Below, one piece after another: positions 31,977-41,551 of a stretch of DNA of 64,000 bases (its first letter is position 1; each line of letters starts with the position of its first letter). The stretch covers positions 128,001 to 192,000 of the forward strand of contig CAXXIA010000001.1 in NCBI GenBank assembly GCA_963666985.2, given 5' to 3'. This DNA is from Spirochaetia bacterium. Lineage in GTDB: Bacteria; Spirochaetota; Spirochaetia; DSM-2461. The position numbers and the translations under genes were made by a program. The notes beneath the pieces are model-generated. The model made no database searches. It was given only the letters and a program-made list of their open reading frames with translations, and was not told the origin of the DNA.

Positions 31977-34900
31977 CTTTCAATTTCGACGGCGGCGACA
32001 TTCTTATTCTCCTTTTGGTGGCGATAGCGCTGTTTCTTTTCCGCAGACTGGATAAAACCGGAAGATCCCTGGAAAAAGTGCGGCGCTATGCCGAAAAATC
32101 TAAGGGTGATTTGGACGCCATAGTCCGTGAGCGTGAATTGGGACTGAAGGATTTGGCCGTCGATCTGGAAGTACAGGAAAAAACCAATAGGGAAATATTG
32201 GCGAGAGCCGATGCCGCGCGCGAGGAAATCCTTTCCCGCGCGGAGGAGTTGGAAGGCCGCGTGGAGCGTATCGAGGCGCATGAAAAGGCCTTGGACGATT
32301 TGAACGACTTGGCTCTTCGCGTTGATGAGAATCTTTCACGGCTTCGGGATGAATCGGCGTATGTGGACGATGTCGGATTGCGGCTGAGCGAGGTTCGGTC
32401 GCAGTTTTCGGCCATGGCGGAAAAAGATGCCGCGCGTTTTGAGGAATTCAGAAAATACTCCCTGGATGTTTTCGGGGAAGATTTAACGAAAATGAATTCG
32501 GGTTTGGAGGAAACATCGCGGGAGCTTGCTTTGTTCCAGGAGACTTTGGAATCTCTTAATGCCCGAAGAGATGAAGCCGCGGGTGAAAAAATCAATGCTT
32601 TCAGGGATGATTTGGAGAGCGTCGAAGAAGATTTTCGCGAACGTCTGAGGAAGGTCGCCGAGGAAGGTTCCCGCCTTGAAGATGAAGCGTTCACAGCTTT
32701 AAACGAGAAAATCGATTCGCGTTCCAGTCGGCTGGAGGAAAATTGGATGGGCGGCCTGAACGAGCTGAGGGACCGAGTTTCGACCGCCGCAGCCGAAATC
32801 CAGGAATCACTTTCCGATGCAAAATCGGCCATGGATCTTTGGGAAGCTGAGGGCTCCGAGCGAATAGAAAAAAACCGCAATGACTTCGACAGCATGGAAA
32901 ACAGGCTCATGGAGGTTTCCGCGCAGTTGGAATCCGATATCTCCGCGTTTGAATCCCGACTGGACGGCGATATTGAAAATTTGAATCACCGTTTGAATTC
33001 GCTTATTGATAAAAAAGAAACGGATCTGCTTGAATCCGTGGAAATCAGACAAAACGAGTACCGCAAGACCGTCGAGGACCGATTCGAAAATATCGAAGGG
33101 TTCATAAAAGACATGGACGCGGTTGCTGAAAGTCTAAAGATTTCGCAGAAGAACCTTCTGAAAGAAGTGGACGAAGTTTTTGTAACCTTCGACGGCGAGA
33201 TGACCCGGCGCAGGGAGTTGGAAAAGGCCTCGCTTGATGAAGAAGCATCTTCCTTGAAGCGGGAAATGGAAGATTTGGAGCGCGGCCTCGATGAACTGAA
33301 AGCCCGGGCTTACGACAATGTATCGGAGAAGCTTCAGGTTTTTGAGGATGATTTCTTCGCCGACTTGAAGAATCGCGACGAACAGATCCGGGCGGCTTTC
33401 GATGAATGGAGAAACGGCGCCGAAGAGGAAATGGCCGAACTGGCCCTGAAGGCGGGCCGGGAAAGGGAGGAGACCGAACGGCGGTATTCCACCGAACTGA
33501 AGCAGAAACTGACCGAACTTCAGACCAGAATTTTGGGACAGTTTGAAGCATTCCAGGATCAAGTGGACGCTTTCCGGGAGTCTTCCACGTCCCGTATTCG
33601 AAGCGCCGAAGACGACTTAACGACTTTCAGAGGAGAACTTTCCACCCGAATCGCCGCGGAAAGAAGCACCGCTTTCGAGGAGTTCTCCAAAACGTTCGAA
33701 GCTTTTGAAAAACAAACCACCGAGAGATTCGCCAAGGCCGACAAGGTTATTTCTCAGAGACTCTCCGGTTTCTCCGGCGATATCGAATCGCGAAGCAAGG
33801 AACTGGCCGCCGATGTCCAGGCCGCCAGAGATGAGAATGCCGAATGGAGAGAACGTCTTACCGCGCAAACGGAAGAAGCCTCACGCGCCGCCCGGGAAGG
33901 CATGGAGACAATTAAATCCGATATCGCCGCGAGAATCGCGGAACTTCGGGATGAATATTCGGGACGCACCGAACAGCTCATTCTCGAATCCGGAGAAGAA
34001 AGAGCTTCTCTGCGCCGGGAAATCGCGGCCCTGGAGGAATCCTTGGTCCATGTGTCTTCGGAACTGACCGAGAAATCACGGGACAGCTTGGATGCTCTCA
34101 AGGAACAGAGTGAGAGCTTCCTTCTTGAATTCAGGAAAAATACCCGCGAGGCGCGTGATGAAGTGGAACGCAAAATCAAAGATTTGCGTCAGTCGGTCCA
34201 GGAATCCAGGGAAAGGGCCGAAGCCAACAGGAAGGAAATGGCGGCCCATACCGACACCGAATATGCCCGTCTTATGAGAAATCTGGACGAAATCGACAAA
34301 AGGCAGCGTGAGTTCATCGCCGAAACCAGGATTTTTGAGCGGGCCGATGAAATGAAACAGCAGCTTGAGGCGGATATCGCCGAACTTGCGAAGCAGCTGG
34401 ACGCCGTCGGGGCCGGACGGGAGGAAATCCGATCCGTCAACGCCGAATATGAGAAGGCCGTGGGACTCTACGACGAGGTGAGCGGCAAACTGGCGCGTTT
34501 CCTCTCGGAACAGCAGAAGGTGGAGAACCTCGAAGGAAAGATCGCCCGAATCGGCAGTCTTTCGGAGTCCGTGGATCTGAAGCTGGATCGAGTGACTGAG
34601 TCCAACGACACCCTGCAGGATCTTATGGTCCGCCTCAAACAGCTGGAAGATCTTCACGAAGATTTGGGAATCCGATATGAGCGTCTTTCGGAAAAATCGA
34701 ATGTGCTTGATGCGGCAACCGACGGCATTGATAAGAATTTCGAGCGTATGAACCGCATCGAAGACATTCTTAAGGACGTTGCCGAGCGAATACTTCCTTT
34801 GAGGGACGAATTGGACGGCATCGAGCGCAAGCAGTCCGAGGTTTTCGAAGAACGGGAGAAAATGCAGACCGCTCTGGATAAAATCGTGGTGATCGATTCC

Positions 34901-35209
34901 ACCCTTAATGAGCTGGATGCACGGATAGACGACTTAACGAAAGCCAGAAAATGGCTTGCCGGAATCGAAACCCGCTTGGAAGAGATCAACGCCGACGCGC
35001 AGCAGCATATTCGTCTTTTGGGGAGTCTTTCGGAACGGGACGGGAAGCGAAAAAAGAGCGCCGCCGGTTCTCCGGATATGAGTACGCGCGATATGGTGGT
35101 TAAGCTTGCCAGAGAAGGCTGGAGCAGTGAAGAGATATCCAGAACGACCAAACTCAGTCTTGGGGAAGTGGAACTGATTCTGGAAATTACTCCCCGGAAC
35201 AATGTGTAG
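31973..35209 (+). CDS. Membrane-anchored long coiled-coil protein (SpiroCoCo-like) with C-terminal HTH-like domain
   Basis: N-terminal TM then RRLDKTGRSLEKVRRY, ~1000 aa of heptads, GWSSEEISRTTKLSLGEVELILE. Confidence 0.8.
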   Translation: MTFNFDGGDILILLLVAIALFLFRRLDKTGRSLEKVRRYAEKSKGDLDAIVRERELGLKDLAVDLEVQEKTNREILARADAAREEILSRAEELEGRVERIEAHEKALDDLNDLALRVDENLSRLRDESAYVDDVGLRLSEVRSQFSAMAEKDAARFEEFRKYSLDVFGEDLTKMNSGLEETSRELALFQETLESLNARRDEAAGEKINAFRDDLESVEEDFRERLRKVAEEGSRLEDEAFTALNEKIDSRSSRLEENWMGGLNELRDRVSTAAAEIQESLSDAKSAMDLWEAEGSERIEKNRNDFDSMENRLMEVSAQLESDISAFESRLDGDIENLNHRLNSLIDKKETDLLESVEIRQNEYRKTVEDRFENIEGFIKDMDAVAESLKISQKNLLKEVDEVFVTFDGEMTRRRELEKASLDEEASSLKREMEDLERGLDELKARAYDNVSEKLQVFEDDFFADLKNRDEQIRAAFDEWRNGAEEEMAELALKAGREREETERRYSTELKQKLTELQTRILGQFEAFQDQVDAFRESSTSRIRSAEDDLTTFRGELSTRIAAERSTAFEEFSKTFEAFEKQTTERFAKADKVISQRLSGFSGDIESRSKELAADVQAARDENAEWRERLTAQTEEASRAAREGMETIKSDIAARIAELRDEYSGRTEQLILESGEERASLRREIAALEESLVHVSSELTEKSRDSLDALKEQSESFLLEFRKNTREARDEVERKIKDLRQSVQESRERAEANRKEMAAHTDTEYARLMRNLDEIDKRQREFIAETRIFERADEMKQQLEADIAELAKQLDAVGAGREEIRSVNAEYEKAVGLYDEVSGKLARFLSEQQKVENLEGKIARIGSLSESVDLKLDRVTESNDTLQDLMVRLKQLEDLHEDLGIRYERLSEKSNVLDAATDGIDKNFERMNRIEDILKDVAERILPLRDELDGIERKQSEVFEEREKMQTALDKIVVIDSTLNELDARIDDLTKARKWLAGIETRLEEINADAQQHIRLLGSLSERDGKRKKSAAGSPDMSTRDMVVKLAREGWSSEEISRTTKLSLGEVELILEITPRNNV

Positions 35210-35221
35210 TCCGGTTCTCTC

Positions 35222-36022
35222 GTGAACGAACGGTATCGAGCCGATTTTTATCTTTTTCGCGGTTTCCTTATGGGAATGGGAACGTTCCGGGATCGAAAAG
35301 TCGCTTCACACGGCACCATGAAGCTGATTTTCGGCATCAATCGTCCTTTCAAAATCAGACTGGACGAACGCTGGTATGGCGTACGGACGGCATTGGTCGA
35401 TGAACATGTCGATCACTACATCAACGGGGAAGGGGACTGGCAGATTGTCCTCTGGATAAACGGTGACACATCTTTGGGGACCGCGCTGAAAATCCGGTCT
35501 TTGAAGGGCCGAAAATGGGCTTTGCATAACGCTAAGGTGCCCCGGTCGCTGAACGATGTAATACAGACCGCCGGTGATGAGCCCGATCCTCAAGGTGCCC
35601 TGGTTCTTGCCGAGACCCTGATTCGCGTGTACGGCGGAATCAAAGGGGTCCCCGCGAATTGGGATGATCATGTCAAAAGAGCGGTCGAAGAGGTTGATGC
35701 GAATCCCGGCGTCTGGAGCGGACAATCGCTCTCCGCGTTCTTCAGCCGGCCTTTCGCCGAGCTGAACGCCGATTTCAAGCGTGTAGCGGGTATCGGTTTG
35801 GATGATTATATTCATAACCGTAAATGGGCGGCCTACCTCGGATTCCGGCAATCGGGCATCGATAGACGGGCGGCTTTGGAAGCGGCCGGTCTTCCGGGCT
35901 GGGAAGGATTAAAAGAGAGCTTTGAATCCCGGTTCGGTTTGGATTTAAACGTTCTGGAGGAAACCCTTCCTTTCGTAGGTGTTTATGAGGGATGGGAATC
36001 GGGGCCGATTTTATATCTTTGA
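35222..36022 (+). CDS. Degenerate AraC-like protein
   Basis: Cupin-like N-terminus; C-terminal FKRVAGI...AAG...FESRFGL spacing of an AraC HTH. Confidence 0.55.
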   Translation: MNERYRADFYLFRGFLMGMGTFRDRKVASHGTMKLIFGINRPFKIRLDERWYGVRTALVDEHVDHYINGEGDWQIVLWINGDTSLGTALKIRSLKGRKWALHNAKVPRSLNDVIQTAGDEPDPQGALVLAETLIRVYGGIKGVPANWDDHVKRAVEEVDANPGVWSGQSLSAFFSRPFAELNADFKRVAGIGLDDYIHNRKWAAYLGFRQSGIDRRAALEAAGLPGWEGLKESFESRFGLDLNVLEETLPFVGVYEGWESGPILYL

Positions 36023-36199
36023 TCGGTTTTCCCTCCATTTCCGCCTGATGCCGCTTCCAGCTCGAAAGCATCGACTCCTCGATCCGTTTTATCTGTAAAT
36101 TTGCATTCTCAGATAAAACGCAATAGGATTTCATGGGGCATATGCCTGTAGACGGATACTGAATTACGCCTCTTTATTTTCATTTCGGGAGGCAGAAAG

Positions 36200-36643
36200 A
36201 TGCTGATCAAAGACGTGCTGCGGCAAAAAGGCTATGACATCGCTACCGTTGACGCGAACGCGTCGTCGCTTGAGGCCCTTCAGATGTTCAACCAAAAGCA
36301 CATCGGTTCTCTTCTTGTAACCGATAACGACGGCTCACTGACCGGGATTCTTTCGGAGCGGGATATTCTCAGCCGTTTTGCGCAGGTGGCCGACGGCATA
36401 ACCGTCGGACGAATCATGACGCCGCGCGCCGACATCATCGTTGCACAGAGCGGCGACACCATCGAATCTGCCATGTCGGTCATGACCGAACATCGTGTCC
36501 GGCATCTGCCGGTATTGGAAGACGGCGAACTTGTCGGTGTGGTTTCCATCGGTGATCTTCTCAAAGCGGTTTTAAGCGACCTGGAATTTGAAACGAAGCT
36601 CTTGGAGGACTATATCGCCGGATCTCAAGCGATTATCCACTAG
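36200..36643 (+). CDS. CBS-domain protein
   Basis: GILSERD, MTEHRVRHLPV, GVVSIGDL. Confidence 0.93.
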   Translation: MLIKDVLRQKGYDIATVDANASSLEALQMFNQKHIGSLLVTDNDGSLTGILSERDILSRFAQVADGITVGRIMTPRADIIVAQSGDTIESAMSVMTEHRVRHLPVLEDGELVGVVSIGDLLKAVLSDLEFETKLLEDYIAGSQAIIH

Positions 36644-36691
36644 CCGGCCGCCGAGAAAGACTTGCTGTTTCGCATGGCGAAAGATCATGGC

Positions 36692-36727
36692 GAACGCCCG
36701 AACAGAAATCCCTCGGGCGTTTCTTTT
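36692..36727 (+). terminator. Probable intrinsic terminator after CBS gene
   Basis: AACGCCCGA...TCGGGCGTT + TCTTTT. Confidence 0.55.
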
Positions 36728-36874
36728 CCCCGCCGAACAGCCGTATTGACCAGAACCCGTCATGGTTTCCGTCTTGCCGCGGTCCGCTCTCCGGTACGCT
36801 CCAGAGTGCGGTACTATCCCGTTTGCGGTGTCATAAAAGTTTTTTGGAAACGATTATATTCTTCGGAAAGAAAC

Positions 36875-37150
36875 TTATATTTCGCGGATATCCTTCAGGA
36901 GTTCCTCGGTTTCAAGATTATCTTCAAGCCGTTTGAGGGTTTTCAGGCTGCGGGACATGAGTTCGCCTGTTCTTGCGGTCATTTCCACAAGATGTGCCAG
37001 AAGTTCTTCCTGTTTGACAAGTTCCCGATTCTGCTCTTCCAGGCTTTCTATGCGTTCGGCCTGTTCCTTCAGCGCTTCGAGAATAGGATTAAAACCAGTA
37101 TCCTCACTGTTGTCCTCGAAAACGAGAAAGGTGCTGACTTGTCCGTTCAT
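36875..37150 (-). CDS. Small acidic coiled-coil hypothetical protein
   Basis: Heptad-like E/L-rich ORF in otherwise empty space; start uncertain. Confidence 0.55.
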   Translation of the reverse strand: MNGQVSTFLVFEDNSEDTGFNPILEALKEQAERIESLEEQNRELVKQEELLAHLVEMTARTGELMSRSLKTLKRLEDNLETEELLKDIREI

Positions 37151-37354
37151 GTAAACCTTACGAATCATTACTCGCATTTTAGTGCGCTTCGTCAACAACG
37201 ACAATCAATTTTCTTAATGGAAGCGACGTTTTTTTCCGATAATGCTTTTTCTCCCGTAATCCGGCGGGATTTTTTCTTGACCCTAATTTCTGCCCGTTAG
37301 TATTTTTATGACGAAAGAACAACAAAAGAATAAATATTCTGGTTACGAGGGAAT

Positions 37355-37969
37355 ATGAGCCGCGATAAAGAAAACATGGAGACGGCGGAAGAAGAAAAAG
37401 CGTTTTCTGAGCCGAATGATGTAAAAACAGAGAATCTCAATGAAGAAGTCGAATCGGAAGACAATGACGATGCGGCTGAAGAAGTCGAGAAGAGCATTGA
37501 TGATCTGGAAACGGAAATTGCCGATCTGAAAGAGAAAATCCTGAGGATGGCTGCGGAGAATCAGAACACCCGAAAGCGTTTGGTCCGCCAGCAGCAGGAT
37601 GCGTATAAGTTCAGGCACCAGGACATCCTGAGAGATTTGGTCGAGATAATCGACAACTTTGAGAGGGCCATCGAATCTTCGTCCGAGTCCAAGGATTTCG
37701 ATACTTTTCATGAAGGCATCCTTATGATAGAGAAGCAATTCTCGGGCATGCTCGCTGAAAAGTACGGACTGGAGAAATTCGGCGCCGATGGTGAAGTTTT
37801 CGATCCTTCCGCGCATGAGGCGATGATGATGGAAGAATCTTCGGAGATTGAAACCGAGACGGTGAAACAAGTTTTTCAGGCGGGATATCGTCTTCATGAC
37901 AGAATATTGCGTCCGGCGAAGGTTGTTGTAATGAAACCCGCATTGAGCGCTGAAAAAAGCGAAGAATAA
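37355..37969 (+). CDS. grpE: Nucleotide exchange factor GrpE
   Basis: FDPSAHEAM, GYRLHDRILRPAKVVV. Confidence 0.97.
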   Translation: MSRDKENMETAEEEKAFSEPNDVKTENLNEEVESEDNDDAAEEVEKSIDDLETEIADLKEKILRMAAENQNTRKRLVRQQQDAYKFRHQDILRDLVEIIDNFERAIESSSESKDFDTFHEGILMIEKQFSGMLAEKYGLEKFGADGEVFDPSAHEAMMMEESSEIETETVKQVFQAGYRLHDRILRPAKVVVMKPALSAEKSEE

Positions 37970-37987
37970 GGAGCTAGGAGAAAACAT

Positions 37988-39916
37988 ATGGGCAAAATAA
38001 TCGGTATTGATTTAGGAACTACAAACTCTTGCGTTGCCGTGATGGAAGGCAGCGAATCCATTGTTATCCAGAACGAGGAAGGTGCGCGCACCACGCCGTC
38101 GATGGTTGCTTTTACCGATAAAGACGATCGTCTGGTGGGGCAAACGGCCAAAAACCAGATGGTGACGAACCCCGAGAATACCATTTACTCCATTAAAAGG
38201 TTTATGGGACGTCGCTACGGCGAGGTGAGCGAAGAAATGAAGATGGTTCCCTATAAAGTCGTCAAGGGAGCCAATGACGTTGTTCAGGTGGACATTAAAG
38301 GGAAGCACTATTCCCCGCCTGAAATCTCCGCGGCGATTCTTCAGAAAATGAAAAAGACCGCCGAGGATTATTTGGGAGAAACGGTTACCGAGGCAATCGT
38401 TACCGTCCCGGCCTATTTTAACGACGCCCAGAGGCAGGCTACCAAGGATGCCGGCAAAATCGCCGGACTTGAGGTTAAGCGTATCATCAACGAGCCCACG
38501 GCCGCGGCTTTGGCGTACGGTATCGGCAAGCATGATAAGGAAGAAAAGATCGCGGTCTACGACTTGGGCGGCGGTACTTTCGATATCTCCATTCTTGATT
38601 TGGGAGACGGCGTTTTCGAAGTCCGTTCCACCAACGGTGATACCCATCTCGGAGGAGACGACTTTGATCAGAAGATCATCGACTGGCTGGTAGCTGAGTT
38701 TAAGAAAGATCAGGGGATTGACCTTTCCAAAGACAGAATGGCTCTTCAGCGCCTCAAGGAAGCCGCGGAGAAAGCCAAGAAAGAGCTCTCGGGAACTCAG
38801 TCTTCCGATATCAATTTGCCGTTTATTACAGCGGACGCTTCGGGCCCCAAGCACCTTCAGTATACTCTCAGCCGGTCGAAATTCGATCAGATGACTTCCG
38901 ATTTGGTGGAAAGAACCAAACAGCCTTGTATTCAGGCCCTTAAGGATGCCGGATACAGCGCGTCGGACATTGATGAGGTAATCCTTGTCGGCGGATCCAC
39001 ACGTATTCCCGCCGTTCAGGAAGCGGTGAAGAAACTCTTCGGTAAAGAACCCCACAGAGGAGTGAACCCCGATGAGGTCGTGGCCATGGGTGCGGCTATC
39101 CAGGGCGGTGTATTAGGCGGTGATGTCAACGACGTTCTTCTGCTGGATGTTACACCTCTTTCTCTGGGTATCGAGACGTTGGGCGGTGTGTTTACCAAGC
39201 TTATCGAGAAAAACACGACCATCCCCACGAAGAAGAGTCAGGTATTCTCCACGGCAGCCGATAATCAGCCGGCCGTGTCGATTCATGTTCTTCAAGGCGA
39301 ACGTGAAATGGCCGCGCACAACCGGACATTGGGCCGTTTTGAACTGACCGGCATCCCGCCGGCGCCGCGAGGCGTTCCTCAGATCGAGGTAACCTTCGAT
39401 ATCGACGCCAACGGTATCGTTCATGTGTCCGCCAAAGACATGGGAACCGGTAAAGAGCAGAAAATCCGTATCGAATCCTCAAGCGGTCTTTCCGAGCAGG
39501 AAATTGATCGCATGGTGAAGGAAGCCGAAGCCAACGCCGACGCGGATAAAGCCGCCAAAGAGAAGGCGGAGATTCTCAACAATGCCGACTCGCTGGTTTA
39601 TCAGTCCGAAAAGGCTTTGAAGGATTACGGCGACAAAGTAAGCTCCGGTGAAAAATCCGCCATTAAAGATGCGATCGCCAATCTTAAATCCGCAATTGAG
39701 GCGGGGGATTCGGACGATATCAAACAAAAAACCGAAGCCCTGGCGCAGGCCTCTCAAAAGCTTGCCGAGGAAATGTACAAGTCTCAAGCTTCCGAAGGAG
39801 CCTCCGGTTCCGAAAACGAAGAGGCTTCAGGATCTGATGACTCCGATGAAGGCGGTTCTCAGCGGTCCGGTGATGTCGAGGATGCCGATTACGAAGTCGT
39901 CGACGACGATAAATAG
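37988..39916 (+). CDS. dnaK: Chaperone DnaK
   Basis: [26 protein letters not shown]. Confidence 0.99.
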   Translation: MGKIIGIDLGTTNSCVAVMEGSESIVIQNEEGARTTPSMVAFTDKDDRLVGQTAKNQMVTNPENTIYSIKRFMGRRYGEVSEEMKMVPYKVVKGANDVVQVDIKGKHYSPPEISAAILQKMKKTAEDYLGETVTEAIVTVPAYFNDAQRQATKDAGKIAGLEVKRIINEPTAAALAYGIGKHDKEEKIAVYDLGGGTFDISILDLGDGVFEVRSTNGDTHLGGDDFDQKIIDWLVAEFKKDQGIDLSKDRMALQRLKEAAEKAKKELSGTQSSDINLPFITADASGPKHLQYTLSRSKFDQMTSDLVERTKQPCIQALKDAGYSASDIDEVILVGGSTRIPAVQEAVKKLFGKEPHRGVNPDEVVAMGAAIQGGVLGGDVNDVLLLDVTPLSLGIETLGGVFTKLIEKNTTIPTKKSQVFSTAADNQPAVSIHVLQGEREMAAHNRTLGRFELTGIPPAPRGVPQIEVTFDIDANGIVHVSAKDMGTGKEQKIRIESSSGLSEQEIDRMVKEAEANADADKAAKEKAEILNNADSLVYQSEKALKDYGDKVSSGEKSAIKDAIANLKSAIEAGDSDDIKQKTEALAQASQKLAEEMYKSQASEGASGSENEEASGSDDSDEGGSQRSGDVEDADYEVVDDDK

Positions 39917-39927
39917 CAGGATTCTCC

Positions 39928-41046
39928 GTGTCGAAAAGGGATTATTATGAGGTTCTCGGCGTCGGAAAGGACGCCGGGGCCGATGAAATAAAAAAAGCTT
40001 ACCGAAAACTCGCGGTCAAATTTCATCCGGACAGGAATCAGGATAGTCCTGATGCGGAGGCGAAATTTAAAGAAGCGACCGAGGCCTACGAAGTGCTTTC
40101 CGACGAAAAAAAGCGTCAGGCCTACGATCAGTTCGGATTCGCCGGTGTGGACAACATGGGCGGACCTACGTTCAACGCTTCGGCTTTCAGAGGATTTGAG
40201 GATCTTTTCGGTGAGAATTTCGGCGGTTTCGGAGATATTTTCGAATCTTTCTTCGGGGGCGGCGGAGGAGGAAGAAGCCGTCGAGGCGGCCGATCCCGCG
40301 GCAGTGATTTACGCCATGACATCCGCATCGATTTCGAGCACGCCGTGTTCGGAAAAGAAGTGGAGATTGAATACGAACGGCTGAAAGCCTGCGACGAATG
40401 CCATGGTTCCGGAGGGGAAGGCGTCAGAACCTGTTCCCAATGCGGCGGTTCCGGCCAGGTCCGCCGGAACTCAGGCTTTTTTTCCATCGCGACCGCGTGC
40501 CCTGCCTGCGGAGGGGAGGGCACGGTCATCGACAATCCCTGCCGATCCTGCGGAGGCGCCGGTACGGTGCATTCCAAACAGAAACTGAAAGTTACCATAC
40601 CTCAAGGAATGGATCCCGACAGGCGGATCAGGCTTGAAGGTCAGGGAAACTTCGGATCCAAGGGAGCGCCTCCCGGGGATCTTTACGTTTATATTCATGT
40701 AAGGCCTCATCAGCATTTTGAACGACATGATTACGATCTTTATTGCGTTATTCCCATCTCCATGACGCAAGCCGCTCTCGGCGGTGAAATCTGGGTGAGA
40801 ACTCTGGATAAAAAACGCATCAAGCTTAAAGTTCCTTCGGGAACCCAAGACGGTAAAATGCTCCGCATCCGAGGCGAAGGCGTTCCTGTGCTCAATGCCG
40901 GCGGCCGCCGCGGGGATTTGTACGTGAAGCTCAAAGTGGAAGTTCCCGTTCGTCTTACAGGTAAGGAAAAGGACATTCTGAAACAGTTCTCCGACGTGCA
41001 TGGAGAGGTGGACGAACCCGCACCGGTGAAACTGAAGGATCTCTAG
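39928..41046 (+). CDS. dnaJ: Chaperone DnaJ
   Basis: HPD motif, G/F region, four CxxCxGxG repeats. Confidence 0.99.
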   Translation: MSKRDYYEVLGVGKDAGADEIKKAYRKLAVKFHPDRNQDSPDAEAKFKEATEAYEVLSDEKKRQAYDQFGFAGVDNMGGPTFNASAFRGFEDLFGENFGGFGDIFESFFGGGGGGRSRRGGRSRGSDLRHDIRIDFEHAVFGKEVEIEYERLKACDECHGSGGEGVRTCSQCGGSGQVRRNSGFFSIATACPACGGEGTVIDNPCRSCGGAGTVHSKQKLKVTIPQGMDPDRRIRLEGQGNFGSKGAPPGDLYVYIHVRPHQHFERHDYDLYCVIPISMTQAALGGEIWVRTLDKKRIKLKVPSGTQDGKMLRIRGEGVPVLNAGGRRGDLYVKLKVEVPVRLTGKEKDILKQFSDVHGEVDEPAPVKLKDL

Positions 41047-41048
41047 AA

Positions 41049-41144
41049 GGTCTATTTTGTTAAGAAATTGCAGAAGTTGCGTAGTATTGCGTAAGTGAAA
41101 CGGCAGCATACTCGGCAACTTCTTGTAATTTCATAAAATAGACC
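41049..41144 (+). repeat. 96-nt imperfect palindrome (REP/MITE-like or RNA hairpin)
   Basis: GGTCTATTTTGT/ATAAAATAGACC, GAAATTGCA/TGTAATTTC, GAAGTTGC/GCAACTTC nested stems. Confidence 0.8.
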
Positions 41145-41195
41145 GAAGCTCGCATAACGTTCCCATAAGGCCTAATTCGTAAAGAAACCTTTGAA

Positions 41196-41467
41196 CTGCT
41201 CGCGGTTTGGATTAGCCAAACCGCTGTGCAGGCTCGCTATTTGACATAGTCAAACAGCTGTTGAGCGATGTCTCGTGAGAGCCTAAACAACTGCGTACCG
41301 CAAGGCGGAGCCTGAGGAACGTAGTGAGTAGGCGGAAACGGACTCAGTAAGCGGACTCGGCGATCATGGGGTCCTACCGCGGCAAGGCGAGGAACGATCC
41401 CGGCATGCGCAATGAAACGTACGATGGGCAATCCCGGCCGGAGAATACCTGGAAACGCGGCGAGCCT
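41196..41467 (+). ncRNA. Candidate multi-stem structured RNA or non-autonomous structured element, family unassigned
   Basis: Consecutive hairpins plus long-range helix 41230-41238/41459-41467; GNRA-like loops. Confidence 0.45.
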
Positions 41468-41551
41468 CGATCCTTTTGGAACGTGTTTCTATAAAAACTC
41501 ATTCTTTTTTCCGCGGGAAAATCATGCATACTTGAAGTCGAGAGGTACCCC

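Noticed and set aside
36662..37300. 212-aa plus-strand ORF before grpE
   Set aside because: Atypical composition, runs through a terminator-like hairpin and overlaps a more protein-like minus-strand ORF
37205..37354. CIRCE operator or hrcA before grpE-dnaK-dnaJ
   Set aside because: TTAGCACTC-N9-GAGTGCTAA not found and no hrcA gene in the window
41150..41180. Integron attC site (GCATAAC)
   Set aside because: No matching GTTRRRY partner with attC geometry identified; no cassette array or integrase
41311..41362. Hammerhead ribozyme (CTGAGGA...GAAA)
   Set aside because: Stem II closing pair and stem III/UH cleavage site cannot be formed
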